Assembly: GCA_964350125.1 (NCBI GenBank)
Contig: CAYGJI010000004.1
Location: 3,443 to 67,442, forward strand
Direction of reading: 5' to 3'
DNA from: an uncultured Paludibacter sp.
GTDB lineage: Bacteria > Bacteroidota > Bacteroidia > Bacteroidales > Paludibacteraceae
Length of the DNA stretch: 64,000 nt
The position numbers and the translations under genes were made by a program. Shown piece by piece: positions 18,763 to 28,362 of the stretch. Within the stretch, counting starts at the first letter, position 1. Every line of letters begins with the position of its first letter. The notes under the pieces were generated by a model. The model searched no databases, was not told where the DNA came from, and saw only the letters and a program-made list of their open reading frames with translations.

Positions 18763-21144
18763 ATGAAAATCAACATTATTGTATTCATTGTATGCATTGC
18801 TTCAGTAATGACATTGCAGGCTGTTAGCTATAAAGTGGAGAATATGCATGAGTTTGAACAAAAGGTGAAAACTCTCAAAGCCGGCGACTCCATTGTTTTG
18901 GCTAACGGAGTGTGGAAGGATGCGCACTTTAAATTCAGGGGAAAAGGTGAAAAGGGTAAATATATTTACCTTGTAGCCGAAACGCCTGGTAAAGTGTTTA
19001 TCGAGGGCCAATCCCGTTTACAGTTTTCAGGAGAATACCTGCATGTTTCCGGACTGGTTTTCCGCAATGGATTTACTCCGAAAAGTGTAGTAATTGAGTT
19101 CAGAACAAGCACATCAGCATATGCATACAACAGCGTGCTTTCGGAGTGTGTGATTGACGGATACAGCAACCGAAAGGACAGTGCCGATCATTGGGTGGGT
19201 ATTTATGGTAAGAACAATCGGGTAGAGTATTGTTATTTCGGGGGAAAAGTCAATGAGGGAACTACCTTGGTTGTATGGCCCAATGATTCGAACAGTATTG
19301 ATAATAATCACCTGATCGTGCATAATTATTTCGGGCCAAGGCCCCGTCTTGGCTCTAATGGCGGTGAAACCATCCGTATAGGTACCAGCCAGGTTTGTCA
19401 CCTGAATTCAGGTTCCATTGTCGCTAACAACTATTTCGAACATTGCAATGGCGAAGTTGAGGTCATTTCCAATAAATCGGGAGGCAATAAATTCCTGAAC
19501 AATACTTTTTTCGAATGTGAAGGAAGCATGGTGCTTCGGCATGGAGATAATGGCGTGGTGGCAGGCAATTGGTTCATCGGTAACGGCAAACCATTCACCG
19601 GCGGTGTACGCATCATCAACGAAGGGCATTTGGTCTATAACAACTTTTTTTATAAACTGCGCGGCGAAGATTTCCGGGCTCCTCTGGTAATCATGAATGC
19701 TATTCCAAATTCTCCCGCCAATGGGTATGCTGCGGTTAAAAACGTAATTGTTGCCAACAATACATTTGTGGATTGCACTACACCCTGGGCATTCGGAGTA
19801 GGTGCGGGTTCACGCGACCGGACTGTGACTCCCGAAAGTACGATGATTCTCAATAATATCGTTTATTCTCCGGGTGAAACCGATCTGATAAGACTTTACG
19901 ATAAGGCCGACGGAATAAAATTCGACAATAACCTGATGGTGTCGAAAGCCGGTATGCTGTCGGGTGAAGGTTTTATTACCGGTTCTCTCGAAAAGGGTGT
20001 TGTCAATGGTGCTCAAGTGATTCTTTCCAATGCAAGGGGTCGCCGACTCGGCTTCGTCCGTACCGACATACTCGGAATTGCACGCACAGAGCCATTTATT
20101 GGTGCATTTATGCCGGCATCGGGAGCACCGGCTCAGGTGGAAATGCCCGGTCGGGCAAACAGCGGTCCGGCATGGTATAAACCTGCACATTTACAAACCG
20201 AAATCAAAGAAGTGAAAGTGCACAGAGTGGCCCCGGGAACCGACGTTTTAAATCGACTGATTGCTAAAACCAATGCAGGCGATATTATTGAACTCGAAGA
20301 GGGAGTACATCTCATCACCCGAAAAATTGTGTTGCCGAAAAGTGTGACAATCCGCACGGCTGCCGGTGCAAAAAACAGGGCTATTGTGAAAATGGAAGTG
20401 CAGCGCGAAAATGCTTCCATGTTCGAAATAGAAGGAAATCCTACCATCAAATTCGAAAATGTGGTCATCACGGGCGACAGTAAAGCACGTTTCCCTGTGA
20501 AGTATGCCATTGTAACTTCAAAAGAATTTGCATCCGGCTACAACCTTATTATCGATGGTTGTGAAATCGCTGACTTCAATGTGGCAACCGGTGCTGTTTT
20601 TAATGCTTACAAAGGCACCATTGCCGACTCAATCATTATTCGCAATTCGGTGTTGAGAGATGCTTTTCGCGGGTTGATATTGTCTCAGGAAAAAGACGAT
20701 AAAGGTAAATACAGTGCTGAATACGTGCGGTTCGATAATTCAGTATTCAGCAACATCACCCAATATGTGATTGATTATTACCGTGGTGGTACCGATGAGT
20801 CGACCATTGGCGGTGTACTTGAAGTGGAGCATTGTGTATTCGATCAAACTGCCAAGGAAGAGAAACAGTATATTCTGAAAACCAACGGTATTGTGTTTGT
20901 AACGATCAAAAATTCCATCTTCATGAGGTCGCTATCGAAACAACCAATGAGATTGATAGGCTCAAAGCACCAAATTCTGAACTGCAATTTTTTCGAGTGT
21001 GCCGAACCTAAGGTAGAAAAAGGGGCTGTTTCAAAAGGTTTGATGTACGAAAATCCGCGTTTTGAGAAAAAAAGCTTTAAACTCAGTAATCAATCGAAGC
21101 TGAAATCTAAAGCAGATAACGGTGGAAATATTGGCTTAAGGTAA
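18763..21144 (+). CDS. PL6 alginate lyase/chondroitinase B-like protein, two beta-helix domains
   Basis: NGGETIRIGTS, EVEVISNKS and LRHG catalytic motifs, plus a second beta-helix C-terminal domain. Confidence 0.9.
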   Translation: MKINIIVFIVCIASVMTLQAVSYKVENMHEFEQKVKTLKAGDSIVLANGVWKDAHFKFRGKGEKGKYIYLVAETPGKVFIEGQSRLQFSGEYLHVSGLVFRNGFTPKSVVIEFRTSTSAYAYNSVLSECVIDGYSNRKDSADHWVGIYGKNNRVEYCYFGGKVNEGTTLVVWPNDSNSIDNNHLIVHNYFGPRPRLGSNGGETIRIGTSQVCHLNSGSIVANNYFEHCNGEVEVISNKSGGNKFLNNTFFECEGSMVLRHGDNGVVAGNWFIGNGKPFTGGVRIINEGHLVYNNFFYKLRGEDFRAPLVIMNAIPNSPANGYAAVKNVIVANNTFVDCTTPWAFGVGAGSRDRTVTPESTMILNNIVYSPGETDLIRLYDKADGIKFDNNLMVSKAGMLSGEGFITGSLEKGVVNGAQVILSNARGRRLGFVRTDILGIARTEPFIGAFMPASGAPAQVEMPGRANSGPAWYKPAHLQTEIKEVKVHRVAPGTDVLNRLIAKTNAGDIIELEEGVHLITRKIVLPKSVTIRTAAGAKNRAIVKMEVQRENASMFEIEGNPTIKFENVVITGDSKARFPVKYAIVTSKEFASGYNLIIDGCEIADFNVATGAVFNAYKGTIADSIIIRNSVLRDAFRGLILSQEKDDKGKYSAEYVRFDNSVFSNITQYVIDYYRGGTDESTIGGVLEVEHCVFDQTAKEEKQYILKTNGIVFVTIKNSIFMRSLSKQPMRLIGSKHQILNCNFFECAEPKVEKGAVSKGLMYENPRFEKKSFKLSNQSKLKSKADNGGNIGLR

Positions 21145-21189
21145 TTCATTTTGCAAGTTCCTTCATATTCTAAATTATTTACAAATACC

Positions 21190-22389
21190 ATGATACGGTT
21201 CAAACATTTCATTTATTTATTTACAGTGTTTATTTTAAGTTCTTGTGCAGGCTCCGGAAAAGAAAAAATGGAACCCTGGCTCGAAAATGCTATTCATGTT
21301 TCTGAACAGCAGTTATTGTTAGGAGCTGAAGCGTTTGCCGATTCGGCTATGAATCCGCGTACATACGAACATGGTACAGTTGAACTTGTCACACACAAAG
21401 ACTGGACTAGCGGTTTTTTCCCGGGAAGTCTGTGGTATTTATATGAGTTAACAGACCATGATGCTCTGAAAAGTGCAGCCGAACGGGCAACCGGTTTTAT
21501 TGCAGAGGCTCAGTTTCGTACCAATACACACGACCTCGGATTTATCATTCACTGCAGTTTTGGTAACGGATACAGGATTACCGGAAATAAAGATTATCGT
21601 AAGGTGATGGAGCAGGGTGCAATGTCGCTGATGAAAAGATATAACAACCGCATCGGACTTATCAAATCGTGGGACCCACACGTTGGCCCCTGGGAGTTTC
21701 CGGTAATTATCGATAATATGATGAATCTGGAATTTCTGTATGAAGTGGGAAAGATGACTGGCAACCAGACCATGATGGATGCTGCGGTATCTCATGCTGA
21801 TAAAACACTGGAAAACCATTTTCGACCTGATAACAGCAGTGTGCATGTGGTTGAATTCGATAGCATTACAGGAGCAGTGCTCAGTAAAGAAACACACCAG
21901 GGCTATAATCATGAATCATCGTGGGCACGTGGACAGGCCTGGGGTTTGTATGGATTTACCATGATGTACAGGTTAACAAAAAAGCCGGAATACAAAGAAC
22001 AGGCAGCGAAAATTGCAGATTTTATTCTGAATCATCCCCGCTTACCAGAGGATAAAATTCCTTATTGGGATTTTGATGCCCCAAACATACCCAATGAACC
22101 CAGAGATGCTTCTGCGGCTGCGATAATAGCATCAGCTTTATTCGAATTAAGTACATTTGTAACAGACAGCACTTACTTCAATCAGGCGGAAATCATTCTG
22201 AAAAGCCTTTCAACAGATAAATATCTCGCAAAGACCGGCGAAAATGGCCTTTTCATACTGAAGCATTCTACCGGTAACTGGCCGAAGAATTCCGAAATTG
22301 GTACGCCGCTTTCTTACGCCGATTATTACTACGTGGAATCCCTTAAGAGATATAGTGAGTTGAAGAAATTGCGATACTGTAAACACTGA
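21190..22389 (+). CDS. GH88 unsaturated uronyl hydrolase (lipoprotein)
   Basis: WTSGFFPG, THDLGF, IIDNMMNLE, WARGQAW, DASAAAI and YADYYY. Confidence 0.9.
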   Translation: MIRFKHFIYLFTVFILSSCAGSGKEKMEPWLENAIHVSEQQLLLGAEAFADSAMNPRTYEHGTVELVTHKDWTSGFFPGSLWYLYELTDHDALKSAAERATGFIAEAQFRTNTHDLGFIIHCSFGNGYRITGNKDYRKVMEQGAMSLMKRYNNRIGLIKSWDPHVGPWEFPVIIDNMMNLEFLYEVGKMTGNQTMMDAAVSHADKTLENHFRPDNSSVHVVEFDSITGAVLSKETHQGYNHESSWARGQAWGLYGFTMMYRLTKKPEYKEQAAKIADFILNHPRLPEDKIPYWDFDAPNIPNEPRDASAAAIIASALFELSTFVTDSTYFNQAEIILKSLSTDKYLAKTGENGLFILKHSTGNWPKNSEIGTPLSYADYYYVESLKRYSELKKLRYCKH

Positions 22390-22400
22390 AAAAAGAATTT

Positions 22401-23495
22401 ATGCTGCAATTAAGAAGTTCGTTCTTGGGGATATTTATGTTGTTGACAACTGTTTTTGTTGTTTCCCAGACTTTGCTTGAAGCCAATGGTCCCGGTAATA
22501 CATACGAGCTGATAAATAGTGCGTTTGCTCCATTAGGTGGTGATGTTGTAGAATCGCCTGATTGTGCTCATCCTGAATTTGGTCGCCATATTCGTGAATC
22601 CTGGGACACAATACTCCACAAGAACGTATTCGAATTCCACATGCATGTTACACCAGACAATGACCGCTGTATTAGTTTCGACCGTCAGCGACTCGAAATT
22701 AAAACCTACAGCCCATCGCCTGACCATATGAAGGTGGTGCTGGGAGAGACGGTCGAATACAAGTGGAAATTCAAACTCCCAACCGGATTTATGGTTTCAT
22801 CCTCGTTCACTCACCTGCATCAGATAAAACCGGTGGGCGGTGATGAGTCTACGCCCACTTTCGCACTAACTGCCCGCAAAGGCAATCCGAATAAGATGGA
22901 GTTGAGTTATTATCCGACTACCGCTCTCGGGCTTCGTAAATTGGCAAGTGTTAACCTGTCGTTGTTTTTAAATCAGTGGGTGGAAGTAACCGAGCGATTC
23001 AGGGCAGCACTCACAGGTGGTTTTTATTTCATCGAAATTAAAAATATTGTCACCGGAGCAGTCATCATGTCTTATCAGAATAACAATATTTCCACATTCA
23101 GGGCTGATAATCAGTTTCATCGCCCGAAATGGGGTATTTACCGAAGCCTGAACACTCCTCAGGATTTGCGTGATGAAGTGGTGCTTTTTGCCGATTTCTC
23201 AATACATGAACTAACTTCTACCGACTTGCAGGTTGTTGCTCATGATAGAAGTGGTTTTGAGTTGATGCCCAATCCGGCTAAATCGGGTGTTATGCTTAAA
23301 TATTTTGCCGAAAATGCAGAGAAAAGGGATATTTTGATAACAGACCTTGGTGGCAAAACGATGTTATGTAAACCGGTTTTTTTTAATCAGGGGTTAAATC
23401 AGATTTCGTTGGATTTCAGTAATTTACAAGCAGGATCTTACATCGTTTCCCTTGGTCAGGGTTATCCCGGGAAAAATTTGATTCTTATAAAGTAG
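22401..23495 (+). CDS. Putative jelly-roll polysaccharide lyase (heparin lyase I / Polysacc_lyase-like) with T9SS CTD
   Basis: DRQRLEIK, FTHLHQIK and RPKWGIYRS motifs. CTD begins MPNPAK. Confidence 0.65.
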   Translation: MLQLRSSFLGIFMLLTTVFVVSQTLLEANGPGNTYELINSAFAPLGGDVVESPDCAHPEFGRHIRESWDTILHKNVFEFHMHVTPDNDRCISFDRQRLEIKTYSPSPDHMKVVLGETVEYKWKFKLPTGFMVSSSFTHLHQIKPVGGDESTPTFALTARKGNPNKMELSYYPTTALGLRKLASVNLSLFLNQWVEVTERFRAALTGGFYFIEIKNIVTGAVIMSYQNNNISTFRADNQFHRPKWGIYRSLNTPQDLRDEVVLFADFSIHELTSTDLQVVAHDRSGFELMPNPAKSGVMLKYFAENAEKRDILITDLGGKTMLCKPVFFNQGLNQISLDFSNLQAGSYIVSLGQGYPGKNLILIK

Positions 23496-23613
23496 TTGTT
23501 TGCTTTCTCAATTAACACGGATTGAATATTTGTTTTATGATGATCCTCGTGTCGACCTATCCTGAAAATATGATAAATCATACGAATTGTCATTAAAAAA
23601 ATACACTAAAGAG

Positions 23614-26094
23614 ATGAGAGAAGTCGGTTTTAATATAAAGTTTTGGATTTACAATAAAAAAGTGCTTTTTGCTACTGCTTTCATTATCTTGCTACTGCTC
23701 CTATCAGGGGGTTTTTTGTTTTATAACCAACAAGTAGACAAATTGTATTTTTTTTATGGAGAGATGCTGCAGCAGGTCTCTGTGCATGAAGCCCATGTAA
23801 TTGAAAACAAGTTACAACACCATCGCTTGTTGACCCAGGGTGTATCCACAAGTCCGTTTTTCAAACGAGCAGCCGGTCACTTTTCAGCGGATAGCGAAAT
23901 TCAATGTAATAGCGAACTTAAAAAGTACTTGAATCAGGTTATTAGTTTAAACAGTTTTTCCGATATTTCCATTTACTCAAATTCGGGTAAGTTAATTTGT
24001 AGTGCTCTGCCTGAGGGAATAAAAGACTCATTATCAGCCGACCAATTAAGGTGTTTAAAAGACAGCACTTTGGATTTTTACTTTGATATGTCGAATGGAC
24101 AAACCAATGAGGTGTTTGATGAGTATATTTCATTAGCTCATAAGTTTACCGACAGTGATGATAATCCCGCTGGGATTATGATTTTTAGTATGAACATAAG
24201 AAATTCCATTTTTAACTCCATTTTAAGTTGGCCATTAGCTGAGGCAAATGGAGAATTCATAATTTGTCGGAAAATTGGTTCATATCTGCACTATTGGGGT
24301 AATATCGATGGAAAAATTCAGCTTTTAGCGAAACAGACTGTTGACTCTGCAAACGAAATTGAAACTGAAATTAGCAAAGGATCAACTGGTTTGTTTTTTG
24401 GGCCTGATTTTCGGGGAGACAAAGCACAAGTGTTTGTTGATAGAATTGAAGATACCGAGTTTTTTCTTCTGTCAAGTGTTAGAAAAGATGAAATTATGAG
24501 AAATGTGCCTGATATTATCGCATTTGTGATGGCTTATGTGTTGCTGATTTTTTTGGGTGTGAGTCTTATTCTTGTATTTCTCTACAACAGATATAAGAGC
24601 AAAATGTATTTGGAAGCCGTAAATAACGAACGCTCAGTGAGACTTCAGCAAAAAAGACTCGAATTGCTGATGAATAATATGAGTGAAGGAGTGATAGTGA
24701 CAGATTTAGATGACAAGATTACTTATGTGAACCAACAGATATTAAGTATTTATGGATATAAAGAAAATGAGTTGATTGGAAAAATTGGTTATGAAGTTCT
24801 TGAAGATGAATCTTCCCGTAACTATGTGCGTTCAAGAAAAATTCACAGATTGGAAGGAGAAAAAGAGAGTTATGTGGTAATTGGGGTTAAAAAAAATCGC
24901 GAGAAGATTTGGATAAGGATAAATGCTGCTCCTGTATATGATGAAAACAATATCGTTGTTGGCACAATTGGGATTATTAGTGACATTACAGCAAGCAAAC
25001 GTGCTGAAGATGAGCTTCATAAAAAAGATCAAATTCTGACTTCTATTTTACAGACCCAACAGGAGTTTATTTGCCGAATGTTGCCCGATGGTACTTTAAC
25101 TTTTGTAAATAAGGCTTATTGCGAATTTTTTAAAAAAACAGAAAAAGAACTGTTAGGTTCCAACTTTTTACAGTTTGTGCCCGAACAATTCAGGGAAGAG
25201 GAATTGTTGATTCTAAATTCATTGAATTTTGAGAAAAAGAATATAACCTCAATTTCTCAGGTAAGGGATATTCATGGATGTTCCCATGTTATGGAGTGGA
25301 CTGATACTGCTTTGTTTGATAGTGATATGAAAGTTGTTGAGATACAGTCGGTAGGTCGGGATGTTACTGAAAAAATTAAAACACAAAATAAGTTGAACGA
25401 AGCTTTGATGCAGGTTAAAAATTACTCCATGTACTTGCAAAATGTCAGAGAGGAAGAGAAAATTTCATTAGCACGTGAAATTCACGACGACTTAGGACAG
25501 ATTTTGGTGGCACTTAAAATCGACAATGGAATGATAAAATTGAGCCTAAAAAGAGACGTTAAGCTGTTTGAGAGGCAAAAAGTAGCAAGTCTTATAGAAA
25601 AACAATCAATTATTATTGATAAAGCGATAATTTCTGCCAGAAGAATAATGAATGGATTAAGACCGGTAAAACTTGAACTGTTAGGCCTGACAGGTGCAGT
25701 TAACGATTATCTTTGTGAGTATGCACAGAGATACCAGATTAACAGCAGGTTTAGCTCAAACACAGAAGCATTAAAACTGGATCCCGACAAATCACTTGCA
25801 GTTTACCGCATAATTCAGGAAGCGCTGACCAATGTGATTAAACATGCTACTGCCACATCAGTCAGCATCCGTATTGAGGTAAAAGCTGTCGACGACATTG
25901 TTGAGGTAAGTATTGAAGATAATGGCGTCGGTTTCGTTTCAGATTCTGCCAAAAATATCGATTCATACGGAGTGTTAGGAATGAATGAAAGGGCAACTTT
26001 ACTCAATGGTGAGGTACAGATACTGAGTTCTCCTGGTGTGGGAACAAATGTTATTTTAAAATTCCCTTATCTTATTAATTCGAAAACTACATGA
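23614..26094 (+). CDS. Membrane sensor histidine kinase (periplasmic sensor, two PAS domains, HisKA_3, HATPase)
   Basis: Two TM segments, PAS/PAC motifs, LAREIHDDLGQ, QEALTNVIKHA, EDNGVGF and SPGVGT. An alternative TTG start is at 23587. Confidence 0.9.
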   Translation: MREVGFNIKFWIYNKKVLFATAFIILLLLLSGGFLFYNQQVDKLYFFYGEMLQQVSVHEAHVIENKLQHHRLLTQGVSTSPFFKRAAGHFSADSEIQCNSELKKYLNQVISLNSFSDISIYSNSGKLICSALPEGIKDSLSADQLRCLKDSTLDFYFDMSNGQTNEVFDEYISLAHKFTDSDDNPAGIMIFSMNIRNSIFNSILSWPLAEANGEFIICRKIGSYLHYWGNIDGKIQLLAKQTVDSANEIETEISKGSTGLFFGPDFRGDKAQVFVDRIEDTEFFLLSSVRKDEIMRNVPDIIAFVMAYVLLIFLGVSLILVFLYNRYKSKMYLEAVNNERSVRLQQKRLELLMNNMSEGVIVTDLDDKITYVNQQILSIYGYKENELIGKIGYEVLEDESSRNYVRSRKIHRLEGEKESYVVIGVKKNREKIWIRINAAPVYDENNIVVGTIGIISDITASKRAEDELHKKDQILTSILQTQQEFICRMLPDGTLTFVNKAYCEFFKKTEKELLGSNFLQFVPEQFREEELLILNSLNFEKKNITSISQVRDIHGCSHVMEWTDTALFDSDMKVVEIQSVGRDVTEKIKTQNKLNEALMQVKNYSMYLQNVREEEKISLAREIHDDLGQILVALKIDNGMIKLSLKRDVKLFERQKVASLIEKQSIIIDKAIISARRIMNGLRPVKLELLGLTGAVNDYLCEYAQRYQINSRFSSNTEALKLDPDKSLAVYRIIQEALTNVIKHATATSVSIRIEVKAVDDIVEVSIEDNGVGFVSDSAKNIDSYGVLGMNERATLLNGEVQILSSPGVGTNVILKFPYLINSKTT

Positions 26095-27011
26095 AACTAA
26101 GACAATCAGGTTTTACCCTCATCATACTTCTTGCTGTTACCCTTGCCATGATTTTTCCTCAATGGTTTATTCGTTGGGGCAGTTATGAGACAAGAAATCT
26201 GATAATTCCCTTGCTTCAGGTGATCACCTTTGGCGTTGGTTGCACCATGAATCTCGATGATTTTAAAAATCTAAAGAAAATGCCCCTGACTATCCTTATT
26301 GGCACTGCCTGTCAATATACGATTATGCCCCTTGTTGGTTTTACTATTGCCGGTGTATTCAACTTTCCATCCGAAATCGCAGCCGGAATTATCCTGATTG
26401 GCTGTTCTCCCAGCGGCATGGCTTCGAATGTTATGACGCTTATTGCCAGAGGAAACCTTGCTTTGTCGGTAAGTATTACTACGGTAGCTACATTGTTATC
26501 GCCCCTCCTTACACCATTACTCATGAAATTGCTCGGAGGCACCTATATCGAGTTGAATTTCTGGAAAATGTTTTTCGATATTATTAAAATACTGATTGTG
26601 CCCATCGGACTCGGATTGGCATTTCACTACATATTCAGAAAATGGGCTGTGCAACTCAAACGCATCATGCCCGGTATTTCCATGACAGGAATTGCACTTA
26701 TCATCGTGGTCATTACAGCAGCTGGTCGCGATAGCTTGCTTTCAGTTGGATTCCTGCTTATTTTGGCTATGTTTCTGCACATGACAGTTGGGTTCGGTCT
26801 TGGTTACGCTGTATCACGCATGCTTCGCCTTTCCGAAGCCGACTCGCGCACTATAGCCCTCGAGGTGGGAATGCAAAACGGCGGATTAGCCTCCGGAATC
26901 GCAGCTTCTATGGGCAAAATCGCAACCCTTGGTTTGGCAGCGGCCGTTAATGGCCCACTGATGAATACCGTATTCTCTGTGATTGCTTCGTGGTGGGGTA
27001 AAAAAGAGTAG
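26091..27011 (+). CDS. Bile acid:sodium symporter (BASS) family transporter
   Basis: QYTIMP, GCSPSGMASNV and EVGMQNGGLA. ATGA overlap with the kinase stop. Confidence 0.9.
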   Translation: MKLRQSGFTLIILLAVTLAMIFPQWFIRWGSYETRNLIIPLLQVITFGVGCTMNLDDFKNLKKMPLTILIGTACQYTIMPLVGFTIAGVFNFPSEIAAGIILIGCSPSGMASNVMTLIARGNLALSVSITTVATLLSPLLTPLLMKLLGGTYIELNFWKMFFDIIKILIVPIGLGLAFHYIFRKWAVQLKRIMPGISMTGIALIIVVITAAGRDSLLSVGFLLILAMFLHMTVGFGLGYAVSRMLRLSEADSRTIALEVGMQNGGLASGIAASMGKIATLGLAAAVNGPLMNTVFSVIASWWGKKE

Positions 27012-27070
27012 TTTTTGGCACACCAATTTTTATGTTATAAAACATATTTGATAAAATTGTGGTTGAAAAG

Positions 27071-27129
27071 TTTGGTTGTTACAACAAAACAACCTATTTT
27101 TGGTCGACCAAATAATTGGTAGACCAATT
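27071..27129 (+). promoter_or_regulatory. Second PUL promoter with tandem operators
   Basis: TTTG at 27071-27074, TATTTTTG at 27095-27102, TTTGGTCGACCAAA at 27099-27112 and AATTGGTAGACCAATT at 27114-27129. Confidence 0.8.
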
Positions 27130-27143
27130 GATATTGTGTAGAT

Positions 27144-28340
27144 ATGAGGTTTTTCCTTCTGATAACAGCCATATTGATAACAATGCAGTGTGTGCAATTG
27201 CAGGCGCAGACTGCCATTTGTACGTCATTCGAATCTTCTGAAGGATTTGTTCCGGGGAGTATTCATAATGTATCAGGTTGGAAGCTGACATCAGGAACTG
27301 ATGCGCTTGTAGATGTAAGATTTGCTGCTTCTGAGGTGTTTTTTGCAGTGAATGTGCAGCAGCCTGCGGCCGGAACAATCAGTCTCAATCTGGTTAAAGA
27401 ACAATATATCATGAACGAAGAAGTGACAGCGTCGGTTTCTTTACCTGCCGGTTTTGAGTTCATGGGTTGGACCGGCGATTTGGCAGGAGTTGACAATCCA
27501 CGCACTTTTCGTGTACAAAAAAATATGACCATCGGAGCCACGGTAGCCGACACCAATAGTCCGGGAGTGGTTCGTACAGTTGCGAATGTTACTCAGTTTA
27601 AGGATGCTCTCAGCAAAATGAATCCCGGAGATCTCATCAATAACCTGATTGTGGCAGTTAAAAATCCGGCTGTGAAAGCCTACAGCACAGCATCACTAAC
27701 AGGAGTGGAGTTTGTCGGTAACCTGATTCATGCAACCGGTACTGCATCGGTCGGTCTGACAAACTTTAACTCCTCTCAGATAATGAGTGCTAATACAATG
27801 TTGGTCAAATCGAAGTGCCGTGCCTTTGGTGAAGATTGCTGTTACGAATCCACATTCGAATTGTGTAAGCTAACCAAAAGTAGTCCTGCAGTTGACGCGT
27901 CGGTTCCCTTTGATTTTCAGCAGGTCGATTTTGAAGGACAACCTGTGGTTGGAACGAGGGATATAGGTGCTGATGAGTTTAATCCGGATGCACCCATCGT
28001 ACATGTTCCTATGAATGAGCAAAATGCCGGTCCTATGGCGCCGGAAAGTTATATAACCGAAATTTCAACTTCATTGATTTTGCCCGAAGAAGTTAAAGCT
28101 GGTATCAGCATTTCCCCCAATCCTTTAAAGAAAACGGGAACCCTGCAATTGTACACCGGAACTCCCGATGCAAGTCAGTGCAAAATACAGTTTTATGACT
28201 TGTCAGGCATATTGGTCGAAACAGTTGAGGGTGTCATACTCAATGGTCGGTTTGGGTTCAATTTAAATGTAAAGAGTTGGTTGACAGCCCAAATAACCAC
28301 AAGTGATAATATATTTTACACAAAGATAATTTCTGAATAA
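27144..28340 (+). pseudogene. Internally deleted (in-frame) PL6-like T9SS protein with an InlB B-repeat-like domain
   Basis: The PL6 N-terminal segment VANVTQFKDALSKMNPGD is fused directly to late-helix LINNLIV...SPAVDA...DIGADEF. No catalytic motifs. The ORF is still open. Confidence 0.6.
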
Positions 28341-28362
28341 AACCCATTAAAAAATTACTGTC

